64,000 nt of DNA from a virus: positions 1-64,000 of the IMG/VR virus record IMGVR_UViG_3300042894_006198; one strand, 5' to 3'. This document shows, one piece after another, positions 11,260 to 21,130 of the stretch (position 1 is the first letter of the stretch; every line of letters starts with the position of its first letter). The notes under the pieces were generated by a model, which made no database searches, was not told where the DNA came from, and worked only from the letters and a program-made list of their open reading frames with translations. Made by a program: the position numbers and the translations under genes.

Positions 11260-14200
11260 CTAAGCATAATACGATGTTATAAGCATTTTGTGGTTCATCG
11301 TATTTGAACTTTGTGGCGAAAAATTAAGTACAACTTGAGCATTTTGAGTCATATTTGCGGCTTGGTAATCAACTGAAAAGTCGCCTGTATAACCATTAAT
11401 TGCCAAGGTGCTTGTCTCGTTATAATTAACTGTATTACCTAATACAATCGCAGATATTTTTGCTATATTTCTTATATTACCTGATGAATCATCACTGATA
11501 ATTGTAAAATCTATACCTGCTAAGTTTGGCGTAGGTAGTGCAAACAATGTTTGGTTAGCAGTTGCACTAAATGTTGTAGCAAAATATACATTTGATGTGC
11601 TAAAATGGTACATTCCTGAACCAAGCATAAACATATTTGCTGACAAATTACCTGCTAAAGCAGCAGTATTACTTGTCTTATTAAATGTAAATGCAGCACT
11701 GCCACCAAATGACCCATTATCATTAAACTGTATTTGAGTGTTAGAGCCACCTGGGGTGCCGTTACCACCGCCGCCACCACCTGCTGCAGCCCATTGTAAG
11801 TTTCCTGTACCATCTGTTTGTAAGAAATATCCGTTAATACCACCTGTAATCTTTACATTTGATACATTACCCAATGAAACATTTGCTGTATTTGCAAAAT
11901 TTACATTACCAAATGTTCTTAAAGTACTAGTTAAACCTAAGCTTAAAAGCCCTGTCACTCCTAAATTATTTGCAGTAGTATTACCTGTAGCTGATAAGTT
12001 AGATGTACCAATGTTGGTTGTTACAGAAATATTTCCACTTGATAATAAGTTTGATACAGTTAAGTCTGTCAATGTTCCTAGACTTGTAATATTTGGTTGA
12101 GCGTTTGCTGACACTGTAACTGCAACATTAGCTGTATTTGCTACGTTTGCATTACCTGCGGTGTTAGCATAAGTAGAATTTGCTGCAAAACTTGTATTTC
12201 CTGCATAAGCAGCATAGTTAGCATTGGCAACAACACCTGTTACATTAGCACCTGCCACCGTTGCTGCTGAATTTGCCACATTTGAGAATGCTGCATAGTT
12301 TGCATTGGCTACAATACCTGTTACATTTGCTCCTGATACTGCATAAGCTGTTCCTGCAAAGTTTGAATAATTTGCATTAGCAACAGACCCACTTACGTTA
12401 CCACCGCTTACACTATAAGCTGTTCCTGCGTAAGTAGCATAATTGGCATTGGCAACTTCACCACTTACATTTGATCCACTTACACTATATGCGGTTCCTG
12501 AAAAAGTTGCATAGTTTGCATTTGCTACTTCACTTGTAACATTAGCACCGCTGACAGAGTAAGCAACCCCTGCAAAAGCTGCATAGTTTGCATTAGCTAC
12601 TGTACCAACAACATTTGCCCCTGAAACTGAGTTTGCATTAGCAGCTAATACTGCGAAATTAGCATTAGCTACAGTTCCTGTAACATTTGCACCATCAACT
12701 GAATAAGCTATTCCCGCAAATGATGCATAATTAGCATTGGCTACAATACCTACAATATTAGACGCAGGTACTGAGTTTACATTACCTGCATATGCTGCAA
12801 AATTAGCATTGGCTACAGCACCAACAACATTAGCACCTGCTATAATATAAGCAACATTGGCGAATGACGCATAATTAGCATTAGCCACATTACCTGTTAC
12901 ATTAGCTCCTGCAACACTATTTGCTGTATTAGCAACTGTTGCTACTGTAGCAGTACCACTTAAATTACCGATGAACGTACTTGCACGAACATTGCCTAGT
13001 GAGTTAAAAGTTATAACATCGTTAGCATTTGTTACGTTACTACCGAAAGCAAATTCTCCATTGCTATTATCCCAACCCATAAATGCATCAACAGGCTGTG
13101 TTGTATAATAATGCAATAACGTGCCACGATCTTTACCATCATTTGTGGTTAATGGAGCACCATTAGGTCCACCCCCTAAATTAATAATAGGATCTTGTAC
13201 GTTTAAACTTGTAGTATTTGTATATACTAGATTTCCACCAACAACTAAGTTTCCTGTAATTAATCCATTACCACTGACATTAAGTCCTGTTAAGTTACCT
13301 AACGTTGTAATATTTGGTTGGTTTGATGATACAACAACATTGGCGAATGCTGCATAATTAGCATTTGCAACAATACCTGTAACATTAGCACCCGCAACGC
13401 TTGTTGCATTACCTGCGTAGGATGCATAATTAGCATTTGCTACTTCACCTAATACGTTAGCACCATTAATATGTTGTGTTTGGAACGATAATGCTGCAAA
13501 GTTAGCATTTGCCACAGTACCAATAACATTTGCAGCAGCAACAGAAACTGCATTACCTGCAAATGCAGCAAAGTTTGCATTTGCTACCGTTCCTGTAACA
13601 TTTGCTCCTGTAATATTGAATGCTGTACCTGCAAATGCAGCGTAGTTAGCATTTGCTACTGTGCCTGTAACATTAGCACCTGCTACTGTGTTAGCAGTAT
13701 TTGCTGTGTTTGTAAAACTTGCATAATTGGCATTAGCTACAGTACCTGTTACGTTAGCACCTGCGACTGAGAATGCTGTACCTGCAAATGCGGCATAATT
13801 AGCATTTGCTACTGTCCCCGTGACGTTAGAACCTTGTATATTAGATAATCGGTTACCTGATCCTTGGAAGAAGTTGGCAGTAGCTAAGTTTCCTAACGAA
13901 GCATTACCACTATAAAAGTTAGCATTAACATATAATAAGTTTGAATTGAATACGTTAGAATCAATATTACCATTGACAGTTAATGTATTAGAAATTGCAT
14001 CATAAGTAAATCCACTGTCACCTGCAAAGTTTCCATTATTATTGAATTGTACTTGAGTGTTAGAGCCACCTGGGGTGCCTCCGCCACCATTACTTACTGC
14101 TGCCCATGTTAGGTTACCTAATCCGTCTGTACGTAAGAAAAATCCATTTGAACCACCACCAATTCTTACACTAGAATTAGTACCTAGTGCAACATTAGTT

Positions 14201-17200
14201 GCATTAGTAAAATCAATGGCACCATAAGATATAATATTTGAGTTAGCATTAGCAATAATATTGCTACCAACCCTTAATTGATCTACAACCTGTAAATTAC
14301 CATATGAACCATTACCAACAATAGAAGAAGTGTTAGCAAATAACCCTCCATCAATTGTTAAATTAGTTAAATTACCAACAGACGTAATATTTGGTTGTGC
14401 ACTTGCGCTTACTGTAATTGCTAAATTAGCCTGTGTTGCATTAGCGGCAAAGTTAGCATTTGTAGCACTAGTAGCAAAATTAGCGTTGGTAGCAAAGTTT
14501 GCATTAGCTGATAAAGTTGCAAAATTAGCATTTGCAACAGCACCTACTACATTTGCACCTGTGATGTTTGCTAATCTAAAACCTGAACCTTCAAAGAAAT
14601 TAGCGATTACTACATTACCTAAATTAGCATTACCTGCTGTTAAATTACCTGATAAACCAAGTTGTATAGCACTCATTACTCCATTCAGAGTAAGAATATT
14701 TGCTGTTTTATTAAATGTTAATGCACCGCTACCACCAAAACTACCACCATCATTAAATTGTATTTCGGTGTTTGCACCGCCTGGAACCGTGTTGCTACCA
14801 CCACCATTACTGACTGCTGCCCAACTTAAATTACCTGCGCCATCTGTACGCAAGAAATAACCATTTGAGCCACCTGCAATGTGTAATTCAGTGACTTCAC
14901 CAAGATTAACATCCGTAGCGTTAAAGAAATCAACATTACCATATGCTATTAAATTTGAACCAAAATTAGCAATAATTTCACTACCAACTCTAATTTGATT
15001 GACAACTTGTAAATTACCGTACGAACCATTACCATATACATTAGAAGTATTTGCCCATAACCCACCATCAATTTGTAAGTTAGTCAAGTTACCTAGCGAT
15101 GTAATATTAGGTTGTGCATTAGTTGTTAATGTACCTGTTAATAATGTGGCACTGACATTACCTGCACTGACATTACCTGTAACTGCTAAGGATGTTAATG
15201 TACCAACACTTGTAATATTCGGTTGAGCATTTTCTGTAACATTACCTGCAAAATTAGCTACATTAGAACTTAATGCATAAGTTGCATTTGCTACAGTACC
15301 GCTAACATTCGCACCTGATACTGCATAAGCTACGTTTGCTGCAGGTACATTTCCTGTTACATTAGCACCACTTATGCTGCTTAAGAAATAACCATTTCCA
15401 ACAAATACATTTGCGTCAACACGGTTACTTGTTAGTGTTCCTGTAGCAGGATTAAATTGTAAATGATCATCGCCATCGACTTGTAAATGATTGCCGCCAG
15501 GATTTTGAATCAATACAACATGGTAACTAAAATTATTTGTAGTTGATTCAACATCTACAAAATTTGCGAAAACTGCGTTTGCTACAGGTCCAACTACATT
15601 TGAACCTGATACTGAGTAAGCTACATTAGCAAATGCTGCGTAGTTTGCATTAGCTACAGTGCCTATAACATTTGCACCCTCAATATTAGATAGTCTATTA
15701 CCTGAACCTTGGAAAAAGTTAGCAGTTACTAAGTTACCTAGACCTGCATTTTCTGCTCCAATATTACCTGTAATACTTAAAGATGTACCACTGATTGAAC
15801 CATTAACCGCTAAAGCATTAGTACTAGTATCAAAAGTAAAACCTGCACTTGCGCCAAAATTTCCTGCATCATTAAATTGTACTTGTGTATTTGATCCTGC
15901 AGGACTTGTATTGACAACATTACTTGTTATTGCCGCCCAACTTAAATTACCTGCACCATCTGTACGAAGGAAGTAATTAGCTGAACCCCCTGTTATATGT
16001 AAGATTGATAAATTACCAAGATTTATATCAGTAGCATTATTAAAGGCAACATTACCATATGCTACTAAATTAGATCCAACGTTAGTAATTAATTCATTAC
16101 CAATCCGTGCCTGATTAATAACGCTTAAGTTACCAACAGAAACATTTCCATAAATGTTTGCGGTGTTTGCCCATATACCACCATCCACTGTAAGATTAGT
16201 AAGATTACCAACGCTTGTAATGTTAGGTTGTGCACTTGCGCTCACGGTAACTGCTACGTTAGCTACAGTAGAATTTAGCGCAAAGTTTGATGTATTAGCA
16301 ACGTTTGCTAAATCAGCATTACCTGCATATGTTGCAAAGTTAGCATTTGATACTGTACCAATGACATTAGCAGCAGCAACGGAAAATGCTGTACCTGCAA
16401 ATGATGCATAATTTGCATTGGATACAGCAGGTAAATTAGTTAAGTTTGAACCATCACCATATACATAATTACCGTAAACTACATTAGCAGTGACATCCCA
16501 ATTTACAACAATGTAATTAGCGGTTACATTACCTAGGCTAGCATTACCTGCTGTCAGGTTACCTGTTACATCAGCACTAGCAGCAGTTATGTTATTACTA
16601 ACAGTTTGAGTCGTTGAAGTTATTGTGTTTACAGTTAAAACGTTGGTGACGTAATCATATGTAAACCCAGGATCTCCACCAAAATTACCCGCATCGTTAT
16701 ATTGTATTTGAGTATTTGCTCCTGCAGGTGTTCCATTACCACCTCCACCATTACCTGCGGGTGCCCATGTTAAATTACCTGTGCCATCCGTTTGTAAGAA
16801 GTAACCATTGTTACCACCTAATATTTTTACATTACTAACGCTACCTAAATTAGATAAACCTACAATATTTAAAGTTGTTATGTTTGCCAATGATGCTGAT
16901 AAATTTGCTACAGTGGCTACGTTTATATCTGATGTAGTAAAAAAAGCTGTATTAATACGATTGTTTGATGTACCAAATCTTACTGATGCATTAGTTTGTG
17001 GTATAATGTTTGCATTGAGTAAAATATTCGAATTTGGTTGATCATATAAGAAATTTACATTACCTTCCGTTCTAGTAGGTAAGCTTACATTACTCCAAGC
17101 GTTTGATTCATCAGCCAAGTTAACAACAGTGCTTGTCTGACCTACAGCAACAAATGCGTTAGTACTTCTAACAATACTTGTTAAATTATTAGTAAGTGGA

Positions 17201-18099
17201 TCAGTGATACCTGTCCACGTTACTGCATTGCCATCTACACTTTTATATGTTTGTCCGTTAGCACCAACTGCCACTAATGTTAATACATTAGAAATTGTAG
17301 CATATGCAATACTATTGATGTTTAGATTTATGTTTGCGCTACTTGTTCTATTAGCCCAAGCAGTTAAATTTGGACTGTTTATTACTGTACCACTGTCACC
17401 AACTGCTGTAAAGTTATCACCATCAAATACTATGTCTCGTAATGTAGTAGATACAGTACTATTACCACTTGTCCAAGCAATCGCATTAGAACTATAGATT
17501 AATGTTCCATTAGCACCAACTGCAACATATCCAACATTAGGAGATAGTGCTACACTGTGTAAGTTTTCTGATGTACCCGTTGTACGTGTTGTCCACGTCA
17601 CACCATTACCACTTGTCAATAACTTACCACTGTCACCTACAGTTACAAATAATGTATTTGCACTATCGAAAATTACTGCATTAAGGTTGACGTTGCTTGC
17701 TGTTATGGCATTAGCCCAAATAGCTCCATTATTGCTAGTAACAACAGTGCCATTGGCACCAACACCCCAAAAATTACCATTTGCAACAATAATATCATTG
17801 ATTGTATTATTTGTTGGTAATGTTTGCTCTACCCAATTAGCTGTGGCTAAATTACCAATTGATGTATAGGCACGTGCAGGGAATCCTACTGCTAATGTTA
17901 CATTACCTTTTACAGCAACTGCCTGTAAATCATTTGTTCTTTTATATTGTACACTGTCCTCAGGACCATATACATAGCTAAAAGTATTACCACTTTGTAC
18001 TTCTGCAAAATTAAAATTAATTTTCTCAAAAGCAACACGAATTGGATCACCTGTTCCATCGTTTGGCAATTCGCCAATTTTAATAATTTCTAATGCCAT
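11260..18099 (-). CDS. Long fibre protein, 2279 aa: gp9/gp10-type N-terminal attachment motif, beta-propeller, repeat shaft
   Basis: N-terminal IGELPNDGTGDPIRVAFEKINFNFAE (T4 gp9/gp10-like); VAVGxxGT..S..G..W (BNR/YCF48-like) repeats in aa ~55-340; many 24-aa GANVTGTVANANYAAFAGTAFSVA repeats. Confidence 0.75.
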   Translation of the reverse strand: MALEIIKIGELPNDGTGDPIRVAFEKINFNFAEVQSGNTFSYVYGPEDSVQYKRTNDLQAVAVKGNVTLAVGFPARAYTSIGNLATANWVEQTLPTNNTINDIIVANGNFWGVGANGTVVTSNNGAIWANAITASNVNLNAVIFDSANTLFVTVGDSGKLLTSGNGVTWTTRTTGTSENLHSVALSPNVGYVAVGANGTLIYSSNAIAWTSGNSTVSTTLRDIVFDGDNFTAVGDSGTVINSPNLTAWANRTSSANINLNINSIAYATISNVLTLVAVGANGQTYKSVDGNAVTWTGITDPLTNNLTSIVRSTNAFVAVGQTSTVVNLADESNAWSNVSLPTRTEGNVNFLYDQPNSNILLNANIIPQTNASVRFGTSNNRINTAFFTTSDINVATVANLSASLANITTLNIVGLSNLGSVSNVKILGGNNGYFLQTDGTGNLTWAPAGNGGGGNGTPAGANTQIQYNDAGNFGGDPGFTYDYVTNVLTVNTITSTTQTVSNNITAASADVTGNLTAGNASLGNVTANYIVVNWDVTANVVYGNYVYGDGSNLTNLPAVSNANYASFAGTAFSVAAANVIGTVSNANFATYAGNADLANVANTSNFALNSTVANVAVTVSASAQPNITSVGNLTNLTVDGGIWANTANIYGNVSVGNLSVINQARIGNELITNVGSNLVAYGNVAFNNATDINLGNLSILHITGGSANYFLRTDGAGNLSWAAITSNVVNTSPAGSNTQVQFNDAGNFGASAGFTFDTSTNALAVNGSISGTSLSITGNIGAENAGLGNLVTANFFQGSGNRLSNIEGANVIGTVANANYAAFANVAYSVSGSNVVGPVANAVFANFVDVESTTNNFSYHVVLIQNPGGNHLQVDGDDHLQFNPATGTLTSNRVDANVFVGNGYFLSSISGANVTGNVPAANVAYAVSGANVSGTVANATYALSSNVANFAGNVTENAQPNITSVGTLTSLAVTGNVSAGNVSATLLTGTLTTNAQPNITSLGNLTNLQIDGGLWANTSNVYGNGSYGNLQVVNQIRVGSEIIANFGSNLIAYGNVDFFNATDVNLGEVTELHIAGGSNGYFLRTDGAGNLSWAAVSNGGGSNTVPGGANTEIQFNDGGSFGGSGALTFNKTANILTLNGVMSAIQLGLSGNLTAGNANLGNVVIANFFEGSGFRLANITGANVVGAVANANFATLSANANFATNANFATSATNANFAANATQANLAITVSASAQPNITSVGNLTNLTIDGGLFANTSSIVGNGSYGNLQVVDQLRVGSNIIANANSNIISYGAIDFTNATNVALGTNSSVRIGGGSNGFFLRTDGLGNLTWAAVSNGGGGTPGGSNTQVQFNNNGNFAGDSGFTYDAISNTLTVNGNIDSNVFNSNLLYVNANFYSGNASLGNLATANFFQGSGNRLSNIQGSNVTGTVANANYAAFAGTAFSVAGANVTGTVANANYASFTNTANTANTVAGANVTGTVANANYAAFAGTAFNITGANVTGTVANANFAAFAGNAVSVAAANVIGTVANANFAALSFQTQHINGANVLGEVANANYASYAGNATSVAGANVTGIVANANYAAFANVVVSSNQPNITTLGNLTGLNVSGNGLITGNLVVGGNLVYTNTTSLNVQDPIINLGGGPNGAPLTTNDGKDRGTLLHYYTTQPVDAFMGWDNSNGEFAFGSNVTNANDVITFNSLGNVRASTFIGNLSGTATVATVANTANSVAGANVTGNVANANYASFANVAYIIAGANVVGAVANANFAAYAGNVNSVPASNIVGIVANANYASFAGIAYSVDGANVTGTVANANFAVLAANANSVSGANVVGTVANANYAAFAGVAYSVSGANVTSEVANANYATFSGTAYSVSGSNVSGEVANANYATYAGTAYSVSGGNVSGSVANANYSNFAGTAYAVSGANVTGIVANANYAAFSNVANSAATVAGANVTGVVANANYAAYAGNTSFAANSTYANTAGNANVANTANVAVTVSANAQPNITSLGTLTDLTVSNLLSSGNISVTTNIGTSNLSATGNTTANNLGVTGLLSLGLTSTLRTFGNVNFANTANVSLGNVSNVKITGGINGYFLQTDGTGNLQWAAAGGGGGGNGTPGGSNTQIQFNDNGSFGGSAAFTFNKTSNTAALAGNLSANMFMLGSGMYHFSTSNVYFATTFSATANQTLFALPTPNLAGIDFTIISDDSSGNIRNIAKISAIVLGNTVNYNETSTLAINGYTGDFSVDYQAANMTQNAQVVLNFSPQSSNTMNHKMLITSYYA
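12150..13830 (-). repeat. Degenerate tandem 72-nt (24-aa) repeats in the 2279-aa fibre
   Basis: Roughly 20 ANANYA/ANANFA-containing units, interrupted once by a globular module at about 12980-13330. Confidence 0.85.
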
Positions 18100-18182
18100 C
18101 TTGTTTATCCAAATTTATAGGGGTTTATCTTATTTATTTTTTCTTTGCGTCTTTTGTGGTACTGAAGACATAAATATCAAAT

Positions 18183-18527
18183 ATGTTATCTAAAACAATA
18201 AAACGCCCTATGTGCAAGGAGTGTAAGGTAAGACCTGCCCGAAAGTGTAGGATAAGTTCCCAAGGATTTACCACGTGGAGAAAATTTTGCAGTAGTTGTG
18301 ATAGCAAAAAGTACAGGAAAAAAGTTATTAAAAATATTGTATGTGAAACGTGTAACTTTGTTGCAAGTCATTCATGTCAGTTAGACTTAGTCAACTTAGA
18401 TGGTGAATATAAAACTTATTGTGCAAATTGCAATCGTTTACGAATACAAAATTTAAAACAAAAGGCATATGATCAATATGAAATCACAGTTGATGCTACG
18501 GTTGATATCAGTCAAATAACTATATAA
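18183..18527 (+). CDS. Zinc-binding protein (four CxxC), degenerate HNH-like
   Basis: CKEC, CSSC, CETC, CANC; CQLDLV..DG..KTYCANC resembles the phage HNH flanks; upstream ATAAATA at 18170-18176. Confidence 0.6.
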   Translation: MLSKTIKRPMCKECKVRPARKCRISSQGFTTWRKFCSSCDSKKYRKKVIKNIVCETCNFVASHSCQLDLVNLDGEYKTYCANCNRLRIQNLKQKAYDQYEITVDATVDISQITI

Positions 18528-18529
18528 AC

Positions 18530-18553
18530 AAAAAAGGAATCACGAATGATTCC
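18530..18553 (-). terminator. Rho-independent terminator
   Basis: Minus strand GGAATCA-TTCG-TGATTCC followed by TTTTTT. Confidence 0.85.
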
Positions 18554-18579
18554 CTAATTGCTCCCATCCCGATTGAGAT
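18530..18579 (-). ncRNA. Candidate ~50-nt late small RNA
   Basis: Late promoter ATAAATA (18591-18585) and terminator (18553-18530) enclose only ATCTCAATCGGGATGGGAGCAATTAG. Confidence 0.4.
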
Positions 18580-18587
18580 AATAGTAT

Positions 18588-18752
18588 TTATTTTGTTTTT
18601 TCATTTTCTTTGACTTGTTTTTTAGTATTTTCTATTTCGGTAGAATAATTTTGACTGATTACTCCAATTGGATCTTCATGATATCTATTTGCGCTTTGGC
18701 GATAAATCCATGGTGGTGTTTTTGAATTTGGTTTTTTATTTGTCCAACTCAT
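18588..18752 (-). CDS. Hypothetical 54-aa protein (below ORF-track cutoff)
   Basis: GGAGAA RBS then ATG: MSWTNKKPNSKTPPWIYRQSANRYHEDPIGVISQNYSTEIENTKKQVKENEKTK; fills the gap after the desaturase. Confidence 0.6.
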   Translation of the reverse strand: MSWTNKKPNSKTPPWIYRQSANRYHEDPIGVISQNYSTEIENTKKQVKENEKTK

Positions 18753-18761
18753 ACTATTCTC

Positions 18762-19463
18762 CTATTTGCATTTGGCTAACCTTAAAAACATTAATAAATT
18801 AATCCAAGCATAACCATAGTCAAATTCGTACCATTTTTGACTTAGTTTTATACTTGCAGGGTCATTATGATGATTATTGTGTAATTCTTCTCCCCCAATT
18901 AAAATAGCAATTGGGAATATATTTTTGGATTTGTCATTGGTATTGTTGTTACGATAACCCACGTAGTGCCCAACACCGTTAATAACACCAGCAGCCCAAA
19001 AAGGAATCCATGCCATTTGGATGAGCCAAATAACAATACCCCAACCGTTAAAAATAAGGGTATTAATAATAAGAAGTAATATGATGCCATGTGTTGTATA
19101 TTTACTATAAAGGTTATTCTCAATCCAATCATTAGGTGAACCTACACCATACTGATTTAACATTTTTTTATCTTTTGATGCTTCGTTATATAACCATGCA
19201 CCTAAAAATAAAACTTTTAATATACCAAAAACATGTGGACTATGTGGGTCACCTTCTTTTTCTGTATATCGATGGTGTTTACGATGTATAGCTACCCATT
19301 CTTTTGTAATCATACTTGTGGTCAACCATAACCAAAAACGCATAAAGTGAGTAATAACAGGATGGAAAGTTACACCACGATGTGCTTGACCACGATGAAG
19401 ATAAAGTGTTACACAAAGTATTGTTATATGGGTTGCTATTAGAGTATAGATTAATTCTACCAT
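18762..19463 (-). CDS. desA: Membrane fatty-acid (delta-9 type) desaturase, auxiliary metabolic gene
   Basis: Three His boxes HRGQAH, HRKHH, GEELHNNHH; hydrophobic segments; WAAGVINGVGH motif. Confidence 0.9.
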   Translation of the reverse strand: MVELIYTLIATHITILCVTLYLHRGQAHRGVTFHPVITHFMRFWLWLTTSMITKEWVAIHRKHHRYTEKEGDPHSPHVFGILKVLFLGAWLYNEASKDKKMLNQYGVGSPNDWIENNLYSKYTTHGIILLLIINTLIFNGWGIVIWLIQMAWIPFWAAGVINGVGHYVGYRNNNTNDKSKNIFPIAILIGGEELHNNHHNDPASIKLSQKWYEFDYGYAWINLLMFLRLAKCK

Positions 19464-19505
19464 GCTCTAGTATTTACTCTTAATGAAATTTAAATATATA
19501 TGACT

Positions 19506-21122
19506 TTAGGATAAGGTTATTGCGCCATTTGTGACGCTTAAACCATTTGAAATATAGCCATCAGTAGCTACATTGTATGGATTATAGATGATTCTGTTAT
19601 TGCCACCAACTAACGAATAAGGAGTGTTATAACTTGTAGCGTTTCCAACATCATACATATTGTTTGTTGTACAATTTTGTATTAAAAAGTTTTTTGCCTG
19701 TGTTGGTGTTAAGTTAGGGTATGCTTCTAGTATGCAAGCCAATAATCCCGTAACTTGAGGTGCAGCCATTGAAGTACCCGAAATTTTCATTAAATTATTA
19801 TTTGAATTGTAAGGCGAGGGAACTACAGGAACACCTGAATTAGCAATATCATTTGATCCATTATTATCTTTAGATGACACACCCATTATAAAGGTTCCAG
19901 GCGCATAAACATGCACCCCAGGCCCTTGCTCACTGCTTGTATTTCTACGTTCTATATTAGTTTCATATGCTGTTGATAGGTTACCTGCAACGATTGCGTA
20001 ACGGGCACCTGGGCAACCACCACGGTGATATTGCGAATCAGAATAACCACCCCATGTATTGTTATAATCAGGACCGCCAAATACTTCAATTTTAGAATTG
20101 TTATTACCCGCTGCAACTACAACATGGATACCTGCATTAACCATATCTAAAACTTCAGCCTCGTAAGTAGCTGAATAATAAGAATGGTAATACAATCCAC
20201 CAATAACAAAACCCATCCAACCATAATTAGTTTTCATTTCATTTAGCGTTGTATAATCAGTTCCACGATAATATGTTGTGCCACGATAAAAAATTTGTGA
20301 GGGTAAAAGTGAACTACCTTCAGTTACATATGATCCCCAACTCATATTAACAACTGTGGGTCTTTTAAATCCTGTAGCAGGGTCAATTGGTTTATTAATA
20401 TGCCATAATCGAATAACATCAAAAATATCTGTACCTGATATACCACCACCTTCACTACCTGCTAAAGCATCAAACTTAACTGCATAAATTCGTGCGTTTT
20501 TACCCCAACCTTGCGTCAATCCTGAAGCAGTGCTTGCAACATGCGAACCATGTCCATCATAATCTAAGTAAAAATTTGCGCTTTGAGTGCCTGGTAAACC
20601 GCTTGCAGTATACCAATTGATTTGTTGTAATCTAGAATTTCCGTTACTATCTAACCATTCATAATGCGTAGGGGTAATTCCTGAATCTTGTATAACGATA
20701 TCCACTCCACGACCTGTTAACGTGTAGTCATAAGTGCTATTAATTGATGTTAAGTTGTTTGCAGCTAACCATGGGTCTGCTCGTCTAATACATCTTGCAA
20801 AAGCCCAATTCATATCTGACGATGTAATGTTAGATGTTTTAGTAAATGTATGTTGCTCAGATGTAGTTCTTCTAATAATAACGTTTGGATTTAGGTGAGG
20901 TGGAATTTCAACAGATTCTACTCGTGGGTCATTTTTAAGTTTTTCTGCTTCTTCATCAGTAAGTGCATAATGAGTAATTCGTTCACTCATTGGACGATAG
21001 TTAGCAATATCTACCGATCTATCAGGAATTGTTTCGCTGCCATTTTGACTTAAAAGTTCATCATGTAAACTGTCAAAATCTGCAGCATCTTTTATAACGA
21101 CAGCATACTCTTTTTGTTCCAT
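19506..21122 (-). CDS. Subtilisin-like serine protease (S8) with N-terminal prodomain
   Basis: Catalytic motifs VDIVIQDSG, GHGSHVAS, SGTSMAAPQV; oxyanion-hole VAAGN. Confidence 0.92.
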   Translation of the reverse strand: MEQKEYAVVIKDAADFDSLHDELLSQNGSETIPDRSVDIANYRPMSERITHYALTDEEAEKLKNDPRVESVEIPPHLNPNVIIRRTTSEQHTFTKTSNITSSDMNWAFARCIRRADPWLAANNLTSINSTYDYTLTGRGVDIVIQDSGITPTHYEWLDSNGNSRLQQINWYTASGLPGTQSANFYLDYDGHGSHVASTASGLTQGWGKNARIYAVKFDALAGSEGGGISGTDIFDVIRLWHINKPIDPATGFKRPTVVNMSWGSYVTEGSSLLPSQIFYRGTTYYRGTDYTTLNEMKTNYGWMGFVIGGLYYHSYYSATYEAEVLDMVNAGIHVVVAAGNNNSKIEVFGGPDYNNTWGGYSDSQYHRGGCPGARYAIVAGNLSTAYETNIERRNTSSEQGPGVHVYAPGTFIMGVSSKDNNGSNDIANSGVPVVPSPYNSNNNLMKISGTSMAAPQVTGLLACILEAYPNLTPTQAKNFLIQNCTTNNMYDVGNATSYNTPYSLVGGNNRIIYNPYNVATDGYISNGLSVTNGAITLS

Positions 21123-21130
21123 AATTTACC

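Noticed and set aside
303-17869. Many + strand ORFs (LPLPFVLST-type) opposite the fibre genes
   Set aside because: Antisense shadows of repetitive Asn/Gly/Ser codons; no RBS, promoter or independent motifs
1-18099. Diversity-generating retroelement or CRISPR array among the repeats
   Set aside because: No reverse transcriptase or cas gene; repeats are in-frame coding units, not adenine-specific variants or repeat-spacer arrays
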